This document shows, piece after piece, positions 18,321 to 26,401 of a stretch of DNA of 32,000 nt; within the stretch, counting starts at the first letter, position 1; each line of letters opens with the position of its first letter. Both the position numbers and the translations under genes were made by a program. The stretch covers positions 2,656,824-2,688,823 of the forward strand of contig JAYMFZ010000004.1 in the NCBI GenBank assembly GCA_040989845.1, written 5' to 3'. The notes under the pieces were generated by a model. It saw only the letters and a program-made list of their open reading frames with translations, had not been told where the DNA came from and did not search any database. This DNA is from Streptomyces sp. WGS_02. Lineage in GTDB: Bacteria > Actinomycetota > Actinomycetes > Streptomycetales > Streptomycetaceae.

Positions 18321-19133
18321 TCACCGGGGCTTGCGGGCTTCGATCAGGAAGCGGGCGGTGCGGGCGAGGAACGGCCCCTCCTTCTCGATCTTCCGGTGCA
18401 GCGCGGCCAGTTGGGGGCGGTACTGCTCGACGGTGAAGCCGGGGACCATCCAGATCACCTTGCGCAGGAAGTAGACCACCGCGCCGATGTCGCGGAACTC
18501 GGTGCGCAGGGTCTCGGAGCGCAGGTCCACCACCTCCAGACCGGCCGCCGTCGCGGCGGCCCGCGCGTCCTCGGGGTGCCGGGCGCGACGGACCTCGGAC
18601 GGCTGCGGGCCGAGGAAGTACTCCACCAGTTCGAAGACGCTGGCCGGTCCGACCTGCTGGGAGAAGTACGTACCGCCGGGGGCGAGCACGCGCGTGATCT
18701 CGTCCCACCACGTGGTGACCGGATGGCGGCTGACCACGAGGTCGAAGGCGGCGTCCCCGAAGGGCAGCGGCGGCTCGTCCTCGTCGGCGACGACGACCGC
18801 CCCGAGCGGGTGCAGCAGGGCGGTGGCGCGGGCGATGTTGGGCGGCCAGGCCTCCGTGGCCACGGTGACCGGCGGCAGCTTGGGCGCGGAGGCCAGCACC
18901 TCGCCGCCCCCGGTCTGGAGGTCGAGCGCGGCATGGGCCCGGCCGAGCCGCTCGGCCATCGCGCGGGCGTACCCCCAGGAGGGGCGTTCCTCGGTGGCGC
19001 GGCCGTCGAGCCAGGAGAAGTCCCACCCGTCCACGGACACGGCGTCGGCCTCGGCCACGAGGGCCTCGAACCGGTCGCGGGAGGCCGTGGAGTCGAACGT
19101 GGGGGCGGAGTCGGGGGTGGCGGGTTCGGGCAT
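18321..19133 (-). CDS. Class I SAM-dependent methyltransferase
   Basis: HAALDLQTGGGEVLASAPKLPPVTVATEAWPPNIARATALL (motif I), DLVVSRHPVTTWWDEITRVLAPGGTYFSQQVG. Confidence 0.9.
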   Translation of the reverse strand: MPEPATPDSAPTFDSTASRDRFEALVAEADAVSVDGWDFSWLDGRATEERPSWGYARAMAERLGRAHAALDLQTGGGEVLASAPKLPPVTVATEAWPPNIARATALLHPLGAVVVADEDEPPLPFGDAAFDLVVSRHPVTTWWDEITRVLAPGGTYFSQQVGPASVFELVEYFLGPQPSEVRRARHPEDARAAATAAGLEVVDLRSETLRTEFRDIGAVVYFLRKVIWMVPGFTVEQYRPQLAALHRKIEKEGPFLARTARFLIEARKPR

Positions 19134-19204
19134 ACCGGAATCGTGTCAAACGGGCCCGGAGGACGCGAACGGATTCCGCCGCGGCCTCAAGGGCTCGCCC
19201 TCGC

Positions 19205-20152
19205 TCAGCCGGCCAGGGCCCCCAGCAGCACTCCGGTCAGCGCCCCGGCGATCATGAACGGGCCGAACGGGATGCCGGTCCTGCGTCCCGCCCGGCGCAG
19301 GAGGACGAGGGCGAGTCCGTACGCCGCCCCGAACAGGAACCCGGCGAACCCGCCCACGAACAGCACGGTCCAGCCGTACCAGCCGAGGGCGACGCCCAGG
19401 GCGAGCGCGAGCTTCACATCGCCGAAGCCCATGCCGTTCGGGTTGATCAGGAAGAGCAGCAGGTAGAAACCGCCGAGGGCCAGGCCGCCCAGCAGCCCGG
19501 CGGTCCAGGACCCGGCGTGCCCGGGGAGGAGTGCCGCCCCGCCGAGCAGCAGGACGGCCAAAGCCGCGAGGGGCAGGGTCAGCGGGTCGGGCAGCCGGTG
19601 GACCCGCCGGTCGACGACGGCGAGAAGCACGGCGACAGGGGCCAGCGCCAGCCACCCGACGAGCTCGGGCCGGGCCCCGGTGGCGGCGGCGAGCGCGACA
19701 CAGGCGAGGACGCTGACGAGGGGGGCGAGGATGCCGGGGGCGTAGGCAGGGGTCGCAAGGGCGGCCGTGATCTGCGGTTCCGGACCGGGCGCTTCCGAAG
19801 CCGGGGCTCCCGGGCCGGGGGTTTCCGGGACCGGGGCCCCGGGGACGGGCGTTGCCGTGGGCCGCGATTCCGGGCCCGGGGCGGCCGGGGCCTGCGACTC
19901 CGGGGCGGGCGGTTCCGCGTCCTGGCCGCCCGAACCGGGGGTTTCCGGGACCCGGGCGGCCGGGGCGGCGCAAGGGGCGCACCGGGCCGGGCCGAGCCAG
20001 CCGCGGGCCGGGCCGGTGAGCGGGTGGCCGGCGGGGCACGCCGTGCGCCAGGGCTCGTCCGGCTCGACGGCGAACCGGTAGGCGGCACGCGGGATCAGCA
20101 GTCCGGTGGCGGCACCCCAGACCGCGGCGAGGGCGAGCAGCACGGCGTCCAC
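19205..20152 (-). CDS. Prepilin peptidase (A24 family) with a long Pro/Glu/Ala-rich linker
   Basis: LLFLINPNGMGFGDVKLALALGVALGWYG (catalytic GxGD), AVVDRRVHRLPDPLTLPLAAL (first Asp region), N-terminal TACPAGHPL...ARCAPCAA. Confidence 0.93.
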   Translation of the reverse strand: MDAVLLALAAVWGAATGLLIPRAAYRFAVEPDEPWRTACPAGHPLTGPARGWLGPARCAPCAAPAARVPETPGSGGQDAEPPAPESQAPAAPGPESRPTATPVPGAPVPETPGPGAPASEAPGPEPQITAALATPAYAPGILAPLVSVLACVALAAATGARPELVGWLALAPVAVLLAVVDRRVHRLPDPLTLPLAALAVLLLGGAALLPGHAGSWTAGLLGGLALGGFYLLLFLINPNGMGFGDVKLALALGVALGWYGWTVLFVGGFAGFLFGAAYGLALVLLRRAGRRTGIPFGPFMIAGALTGVLLGALAG

Positions 20153-20276
20153 GGGGCGACCCTAACGGGCCTCGGGACCTGGGGTCTTGGGTCCGGGGGC
20201 CCAGAGCGGCCGGCCGGGACCCAAGCGTCGCCGTTCCGGGTCCGGGCACGTCCGCCGGGGGCTACCGTCGGTGCCC

Positions 20277-20675
20277 ATGAGGACATGGCGCGATGGCGAC
20301 GGGACGCTAACGGTCGGTACGGACTCCGGGCCCGGGCCGGAGGGGCAGGCGGTTCCGCTGCGGATAGCCGCCTCGTACCGGGCCCGCGCCAAGGGGCTGC
20401 TCGGGCGGGACGGGATCGAGGGGGCGATGCTGCTCACCCCGTGCGGGAGCGTGCACACCTTCCGGATGCGGTTCCCCATCGATGTGGCGTACCTCGACCG
20501 GAAGTTCAGGGTCCTGGCGGTCACCACGATGCAGCCGGGCCGCCTCGGGCTGCCCCGGCTGCGGGCCCGGCACGTGGTGGAGGCGGAGGCCGGGGCGATG
20601 GCGCGGTGGGGGGTGCGGCCGGGCGTACGGCTGGAGCTGAAGGCGGCACCGGCCACCGCGCCGGAACCCAGCTAG
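20277..20675 (+). CDS. DUF192 domain protein
   Basis: SYRARAKGLLGRDGIEGAMLLTPCGSVHTFRMRFPIDVAYLDRKFRVLAVTTMQPGRLG matches DUF192. Confidence 0.9.
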   Translation: MRTWRDGDGTLTVGTDSGPGPEGQAVPLRIAASYRARAKGLLGRDGIEGAMLLTPCGSVHTFRMRFPIDVAYLDRKFRVLAVTTMQPGRLGLPRLRARHVVEAEAGAMARWGVRPGVRLELKAAPATAPEPS

Positions 20676-20681
20676 GAGGCT

Positions 20682-20794
20682 ACGGCGGGCCCGCGTCCGG
20701 GCAGGCGCGGCCTCCCGGCGGGCCCGCGGTCCGGGGGCGCGACCCCCCGGCGGGCCCGCGGTCCGGGGTGGCGCCGGCTCACGGCGGGCCCGCG
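20682..20794. repeat. Four copies of CGGCGGGCCCGCG, two embedded in a longer CCCGGCGGGCCCGCGGTCCGGGG repeat
   Basis: Core at about 20682, 20716, 20748 and 20782. Long copies at 20714-20736 and 20746-20768 (32-bp period). Confidence 0.8.
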
Positions 20795-21981
20795 CCCAGC
20801 AGGGTCCAGGCGCCGTAGGCCGCTGACGCGCAGGCGAGGGCGGCGAGCACGGCGGCCGTGCGGCCCGTGGTGCGCAGCCGCAGCAGGGCGACGGCGGGCG
20901 GGAGCAGCAGCGGGAAGGCGGGCATCATCAGCCGTGGCCGGGAGCCGAAGTATCCGGCGCCGATCAGCGAGATGACGACGATCGTGATCGCGTAGACGAG
21001 TACGGGGAGCGGTTGCCGCTGCCGTACGCAGAGGACGACCAGCCACCCCAGCAGCGCGAGCGCCGCGCACAGGCCGAGGGCGGCGGGCCACGGCAGCCCG
21101 GCGATGAAGGCGGCGAGCGCGCGGCCGCCGTCGATGTTGTTGCCCCACTGCGCCTGGACGTCGAAGTAGGCGACCGGGCTGCCCTCGCGTACGGCCACGA
21201 ACACCACGTACGCCAGCCAGCCCAGCGGTGCGAGCGCCACGCCCGCGATCATCCGCGCGTGGCGGCGGAGCACCGGGCCGGCGCGGCGCTCGTCGCGGTA
21301 CTCCCGTACGAGGGTGACGGCGGCGGTGATCGCCAGGGCCGCGATGAGGGCGGCCGCCGAGGGCCGGGTGAGCCCTGCCAGGACGCACAGCGCCCCCGCG
21401 ACGATCCAGCGGCCCTTGAGGACGGCGTACAGCGCCCAGGCGGCGAGCGCGGTGAACAGTGTCTCGGTGTACGCCATCGACTGGACGAACGCCGTCGGGT
21501 AGACGCCCCACAGTGCCGCCAGCACCACCCCCGTACGCCGTCCGCGCAGCTGGGAGCCGACGGCGAAGATGCCCCAGGCGGCGAGCAGCCCGGCCGTCCA
21601 GGCGACCAGCAGTCCGGCGCCCCCGAGGGTGAGCGGAGTCACGGCGGAGACGGCGCGTTCGAGGGCCGGGAGCAGGGGGAAGAACGCCAGATCGGAGTGG
21701 ACGGAGCCGTCGGGGAGGGTGACGGTGTAGCGGTAGCCGTGCTCGGCGATGCGCTGGTACCAGACGGAGTCCCAGCGTCCGCTGAGCGGCCCCAGGGGGT
21801 CCTTCCCGGCGGCGGAGGCGGCCACCCAGAAGACGAGGAGCCCCAGGGCCCGCACGGCGGCGTAGACCGCGAGCGCGGGCGCGGCGGCCCGGAGCGCGGC
21901 GGCGGCCCGGGACCCGCCGGGAGTGCGGGGGGCCGGGGCCGGTCCTGCGGGCGTCCGGGTGCGGAGCTGGTGATCGGACAT
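20779..21981 (-). CDS. Polytopic glycosyltransferase, PIG-V/mannosyltransferase-like
   Basis: WDSVWYQRIAEHGYRYTVTLPDGSVHSDLAFFPLLPALERAVS, followed by many TM helices including YPTAFVQSMAYTETLFTALAAWALYAVLKGRW and GLTRPSA. Confidence 0.85.
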   Translation of the reverse strand: MSDHQLRTRTPAGPAPAPRTPGGSRAAAALRAAAPALAVYAAVRALGLLVFWVAASAAGKDPLGPLSGRWDSVWYQRIAEHGYRYTVTLPDGSVHSDLAFFPLLPALERAVSAVTPLTLGGAGLLVAWTAGLLAAWGIFAVGSQLRGRRTGVVLAALWGVYPTAFVQSMAYTETLFTALAAWALYAVLKGRWIVAGALCVLAGLTRPSAAALIAALAITAAVTLVREYRDERRAGPVLRRHARMIAGVALAPLGWLAYVVFVAVREGSPVAYFDVQAQWGNNIDGGRALAAFIAGLPWPAALGLCAALALLGWLVVLCVRQRQPLPVLVYAITIVVISLIGAGYFGSRPRLMMPAFPLLLPPAVALLRLRTTGRTAAVLAALACASAAYGAWTLLGAGPP

Positions 21982-22146
21982 ACGGCCGATTATGACGTCG
22001 GCGACGGGTACGCCGTGCCACGGGCAGCGCAGGGCCGGGCGTCCCGGCAGCGGTCCGATCGGTCCAGGGCCTGCCCCGGACCGGCCGGTGGCCGACGGCG
22101 GTGCGGGTGGCCCCGGCCCCCCGTACGGGCCGGGGCCAACCGGCTC

Positions 22147-22743
22147 TCAGACGCCGCCCAGCACCTCGTTCCCGAACACCTTCCACGGCGACATCTCCAC
22201 CGCGTCCATCACCGCGAGCTGCGGGTGCCGGGCCGCCGTCTCGTCCCGTACGGCGACGGTGTCCGGCCAGGCGTCCAGGTGCGCGGCGCCCTCGATGACG
22301 ACGGCGTCCCAGTCGGTGGCGGCCGTCGCGCCGGCCCGGTCGACGACGAAGCCGATGCACAGCACCGAGGCCCGCCCGACGGTCCGCCGGATGGCGCCCA
22401 CCGCGTGCTCCCGCTCCGGCTCGGGCAGTTCCCCCACGGAGAACTCGACGGCGACGACGCCGGCCCGGGCCCGCCGGATGCGCACCAGGAGGTCGAGGCC
22501 GCCGTCGGTCCACAACCGGAAGCCGACCTCGTGCAGCCGCTGGAGGCCGGCGAGGGACAGCAACTGCTCGCGGGTGACAGGCGAACGGGCCCCGAGGGAG
22601 GCGGAGTCGAGGCTGACGAGAACCGTGCGGCCGGTCACCGGGTGCTCCGGACGGAGCCCCTCGGCCGCCAGGTCGCCCAGCAGGGTGCGGGCGTCCAGCC
22701 GGGTCCAGCCGAGGTGGTACGAGAAGAAGAATCCGGCACCCAT
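22147..22743 (-). CDS. Hypothetical protein (198 aa)
   Basis: ORF MGAGFFFSYHLGWTRLDARTLLGDLAAEGLRPEHPVTG...DAVEMSPWKVFGNEVLGGV. No family recognised. Confidence 0.65.
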   Translation of the reverse strand: MGAGFFFSYHLGWTRLDARTLLGDLAAEGLRPEHPVTGRTVLVSLDSASLGARSPVTREQLLSLAGLQRLHEVGFRLWTDGGLDLLVRIRRARAGVVAVEFSVGELPEPEREHAVGAIRRTVGRASVLCIGFVVDRAGATAATDWDAVVIEGAAHLDAWPDTVAVRDETAARHPQLAVMDAVEMSPWKVFGNEVLGGV

Positions 22744-23033
22744 CGACGCCCACCCCCATCGCTCTCGTCGTCACGATCGCTCTCGCTCCGCGCCCGGCGT
22801 CGTGGTCGGCGACCCCCGGCACCCACGAGCGTACTGAGCGGCGGCCGGGGCTGCGTGGGCCCACGGACCCACGGCCGGCCCCCGGCACAACGGCCTCCGC
22901 GCCCCGGCGCAACACCCCTGACGTGCACCGGACTTGGGCCCGGCTTTGGGACCGGGGGCCCGGGACGTGGCAGGTTTTCGGCCGTACGCTCTCGGCCGTC
23001 GGCAACACGCGCGGGTCGAGGAGAGGGTGCACC

Positions 23034-25073
23034 GTGAGCGGTGACGGGGGCGCAGACCGGGGGCGGGCCCGGGGAGACCGGAGCGCGGGACACATACCGC
23101 TGGGACGCCACGGCATCGCCGGTTCCGGTGTCCCGCACCCGCCCCAGCAGGGCAGCCGTTTCTTCGCGTTGACCCGGAGCTGGGTGATCGGCGGCCTGGT
23201 CTACCTCGCCCTCGGGTTCGTCATGAGCCGGGTCCTGGTCGATCTGCTGGCCACCGAGGAGCGGCTGGAGGCGTTCGGCTGGCGGCTGGCCCTGCTCCAC
23301 CTGCCCGCCCTCGTCGTGACGCTGCTGACGGTGCTGGCGGCGACCCGCGTCCTTCCCGAGGAGCACCGCGAGTCCTCCCGCACGGTGTATCTGCTCGCGG
23401 CCCTGGTCGTACCGCTGGCCGGGCTGCTGTACGGCTTTGCCGTCGCGGGGGACGTCGTCGGCATCGAGGGCCTGCTCATGCCCGCCGCGTCCCTGGCGGC
23501 GGGCGCGGCGTCGGGGGTGGCCGTCGACCGGCTGCTGGAGGAGCGCGCCACGCGCGCCCCGGAGCCGCCCCGGTACGCGTACAACTGGCGGGACAGCGGT
23601 GCGACGGCGATGGAGTACCTGGGTCTCGTCGTCCTCGTCACGATGCTGATCGGCGCGATGGCGATGGCAGGGGTCGGCGGCAAGATCGGGGAGCGGCTGC
23701 GGTGTGCGATCAGCTCGCTGGCCGGTGGCGGCGGCTCCTGTGCGTCCGGCGGCCAGGACCCCGAGGCCAAGCCGAAGACGGACGCGGACTACGAACCGAA
23801 GATGTGCCAGGTCTCCAGCATCTCGGACACGGCGGGCGGGAAGGTCAAGATCGGCTGGTTCGAGTGGGGCGAGGAGTACGGCTTCCAGCAGAAGGTCTCC
23901 CAGGCGAGTACCGATGTGAACGGCGACGGCACGGTCGACGGCAAGGACAAGATCGTCTCGATGACGTTCACCGACGCCGCGTCCGCCGGGGCCACCGCCA
24001 GTACACCGGGCGTCAAGCTCGGCAGCCTGGGCAAGGCGGATGTCGACATCGGCGGCGGCATCAAGATCACCAACGGTGACACCTGGATCTTCGCGAGCGA
24101 GGAGGAGGCTCAGCGGATGCGGGACGACATCGAGGAGATGAAGATGTGGGAGACCTCCACCAAGCACAGCGGCGGCTACGGCGGCGGCTGGTACTCCGCG
24201 ATGAAGTGGGCGGAGAAGAAGGAGGACATCGAGAAGAAGATCGGCGACAAGAAGATCTCCTACTCGACCGTCGGCCTCAACGCCTACGCGGACGGCGGCC
24301 TCTCCGTCAAGGGCGGCGACGAGGACGAACTGGGCGCGAAACTCGGGGGCAAGGCGACGTTCTCGCCCGAGGTGACGATCACCAAGGACGACGTGAACGG
24401 CAACGAGTCGTCCACGTACACCGCCAAGCTCGAACTGGAGGGCAAGGCCGGCGGGAACGTGGGTCCGGTCAAGGGCACGGTGGGCGGCAAGCAGAGCCGT
24501 ACCGGCGCCATCACCGTCACCCGCGACCAGAAGACCGGGAAGATCGTCCGGATCGACATGACACAGACCGTGGAGAGCGGTTCGACGTCCGGCAAGGTCG
24601 AGGTCGGCGGCGACAACGGCGAGAGCGGCCAGGACAAGCGGGGCGGCAAGGGCAGCGCGTCGGACTCCTCGGGCGGGACGGGCATCGACGTCGTGACGAA
24701 CTCGATCGTCTTCGGCAAGGACACGGACGCGGCGACCGAGGCCAAGCGGGGCATCGCGGAACAGTGGCTGGACGGCTCCGGCAACAACACGGCCCCCTTC
24801 GAGTACCTCTTCGGCGACCACGGCATGGAGAACCGCCCGGACGGCAACGACCCGTTCCAGCAGCTGATGTTCGAGGACGGGCTGTCCAGCACCCTGCGGT
24901 ACACGGGCGAGAGCGACGCCCAGGAGTTCGGCTTCGAGATCTCCCTCGGGATGAGCCTCGGGTTCTCCCTCTCCACGGAGGAGAAGAAGGAGACACTGAC
25001 GGACGCGCAGTTCCTCGGGGCGCCGCGGGGCGACGCGCGCACGTATCTTCCGTACAGCTACTGCGCGAACTGA
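23034..25073 (+). CDS. Large membrane/extracytoplasmic protein (679 aa) with embedded type IVb (Flp-like) prepilin signature
   Basis: GTG 23034 after gaggagagg. About four N-terminal hydrophobic segments, then RDSG|ATAMEYLGLVVLVTMLIGAMAMAGVGGKIGERLRC, then a long Gly/Lys/Asp/Thr-rich soluble domain. Confidence 0.85.
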   Translation: MSGDGGADRGRARGDRSAGHIPLGRHGIAGSGVPHPPQQGSRFFALTRSWVIGGLVYLALGFVMSRVLVDLLATEERLEAFGWRLALLHLPALVVTLLTVLAATRVLPEEHRESSRTVYLLAALVVPLAGLLYGFAVAGDVVGIEGLLMPAASLAAGAASGVAVDRLLEERATRAPEPPRYAYNWRDSGATAMEYLGLVVLVTMLIGAMAMAGVGGKIGERLRCAISSLAGGGGSCASGGQDPEAKPKTDADYEPKMCQVSSISDTAGGKVKIGWFEWGEEYGFQQKVSQASTDVNGDGTVDGKDKIVSMTFTDAASAGATASTPGVKLGSLGKADVDIGGGIKITNGDTWIFASEEEAQRMRDDIEEMKMWETSTKHSGGYGGGWYSAMKWAEKKEDIEKKIGDKKISYSTVGLNAYADGGLSVKGGDEDELGAKLGGKATFSPEVTITKDDVNGNESSTYTAKLELEGKAGGNVGPVKGTVGGKQSRTGAITVTRDQKTGKIVRIDMTQTVESGSTSGKVEVGGDNGESGQDKRGGKGSASDSSGGTGIDVVTNSIVFGKDTDAATEAKRGIAEQWLDGSGNNTAPFEYLFGDHGMENRPDGNDPFQQLMFEDGLSSTLRYTGESDAQEFGFEISLGMSLGFSLSTEEKKETLTDAQFLGAPRGDARTYLPYSYCAN

Positions 25074-25080
25074 ACGGGCG

Positions 25081-25767
25081 GTGACGGAGTCGATGAGCAC
25101 GGCGATGAGCACAGCGATGAGTCCGGCGATGAGCACAGCGATGAACTCGGCCATGAGGACCAGGACGCGGAACATGCGGACAGCCCCGGGGCGGATGACG
25201 GCTGCGGCGGCGGCCGTCGCGGCGGCGGCCGTGCTGCTGACCGGATGCGGCGGCGACGCGGACAAGGCCTCCGTGCCCGAGGGCTGGGGCACGTTGGAGA
25301 CCGACAGCCTGAGCGTCGGCTACCCGAGGAGTGAGGGGTACGCGGAGCAGCCCGCGGGCGAGCGGGCCAAGGCCAACGCGGCCGTCGCGCTCAAGGAGGA
25401 GAACGGCATCCGGACCGGCATGGTCTCGGTCCAGCGGGACTTCGCCACGGGGGTGCACGACGCGGCCGGGGCGGCGGCAGCAGCGGGCGCGGGCATCGGC
25501 CTCAACTCCACCCGCAAGGCGACGGACGACGTACGCCTCGCGGGCCCGGACGACGCCGGCGAAGGCCGCGAAGCGCGCCGGATCGACTACGACTTCACGG
25601 CGGACGGCCGGGAGGACACCCCGAACAGGGGGACGCCGATGACCGGGGTCCTGGTCGCGGGGGTGGACTCGAAGGGTGTTCCGTTCGTCGTGCGCCTGAA
25701 CGCGGTGAAGGACGCGGTGGAGGCGGAGGACCTGGACGCGTTCGTGGGGTCGATCACGGTGAAGTAG
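25081..25767 (+). CDS. Secreted lipoprotein, probably co-transcribed with the upstream gene
   Basis: Starts 7 nt after the upstream stop. Signal peptide with lipobox MRTAPGRMTAAAAAVAAAAVLLTGCGGDADKASVPEGWGTLETDSLSVGYP. True start uncertain. Confidence 0.8.
   Translation: MTESMSTAMSTAMSPAMSTAMNSAMRTRTRNMRTAPGRMTAAAAAVAAAAVLLTGCGGDADKASVPEGWGTLETDSLSVGYPRSEGYAEQPAGERAKANAAVALKEENGIRTGMVSVQRDFATGVHDAAGAAAAAGAGIGLNSTRKATDDVRLAGPDDAGEGREARRIDYDFTADGREDTPNRGTPMTGVLVAGVDSKGVPFVVRLNAVKDAVEAEDLDAFVGSITVK
25093..25152. repeat. 12-bp tandem repeat, five units, each beginning with an in-frame ATG (encodes M-S-T-A type repeats)
   Basis: ATGAGCACGGCG ATGAGCACAGCG ATGAGTCCGGCG ATGAGCACAGCG ATGAACTCGGCC, then ATG. 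Confidence 0.95.
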
Positions 25768-25789
25768 GGGACGGCGAGGACCGGTTGGG

Positions 25790-26401
25790 ATGTTCGACGG
25801 CGACCGGCCCTATCTCCCGAGCGACGCCCTGGACCGGGAGGCGGCCGAGGTCGTCGCGCGGGCGGCGGGAGCGGAGGATCCGGGGGCGGTGGTGGACCCG
25901 GACTCCGTGGAGTCGCCGGCCCGGGCGGCCCGCCGCCTCCCGCCGTGGCCCGACACCGTGGCGGGGCTCGCCCGCCTCGCCGGGCGCTTCCCGCTGATCG
26001 GCCTGTCCAACGCGAGCCGGACGGCGCTGCCGGAGCTGAACGCCCACGCCGGGCTGCGCCGGCACCAGGCGCTGTCCGCGCAGGACGCCCGTACGTACAA
26101 GCCGGATCCGGCGGTCCACCGGCTCGCCGTCACCTTCGCCGGGCTGCCGCCGGAGCGCCTGCTGATGGTCGCCGCCCACGCCTGGGACCTGCGCGGCGCG
26201 CAGGCGCTGGGGCTGCGCACGGCGCATGCGGCCCGCCCGGTCGGCGACCCGCCCACGCCCTCGGACCGCTTCGACCTCCATGCCGAGGACCTGACGGATC
26301 TGGCGGGTCAGCAGGGGGCATCCTGGGGACGGGGGAACACGGCGCTCCTCAGCTCAGCGGGCAACCGAGCGGGAGGACGCGTTCGGTCAGCCGGCCGGTG
26401 A
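25790..26401 (+). pseudogene. N-terminally truncated haloacid dehalogenase-like protein
   Basis: Has HAD motif II/III-like segments (LIGLSNASRTALPELNAHAGL, ARTYKPDPAVHRLAV, LMVAAHAWDLRGAQALGLRTA) but no DxxxT nucleophile motif; the space upstream is occupied by the lipoprotein gene. Confidence 0.65.

Noticed and set aside
20672-23116. 814-aa plus-strand ORF
   Set aside because: Antisense to the PIG-V-like gene (TM pattern, WDSVWYQ motif) and the 22147-22743 ORF. Composition is Arg/Gly/Pro-rich out-of-frame translation.
22635-25292. 885-aa minus-strand ORF (and other minus-strand ORFs inside 23.0-25.5 kb)
   Set aside because: Antisense shadow of the 23034-25073 and 25081-25767 genes. Arg/Leu/Gln-rich low-complexity translation; no recognisable domain.
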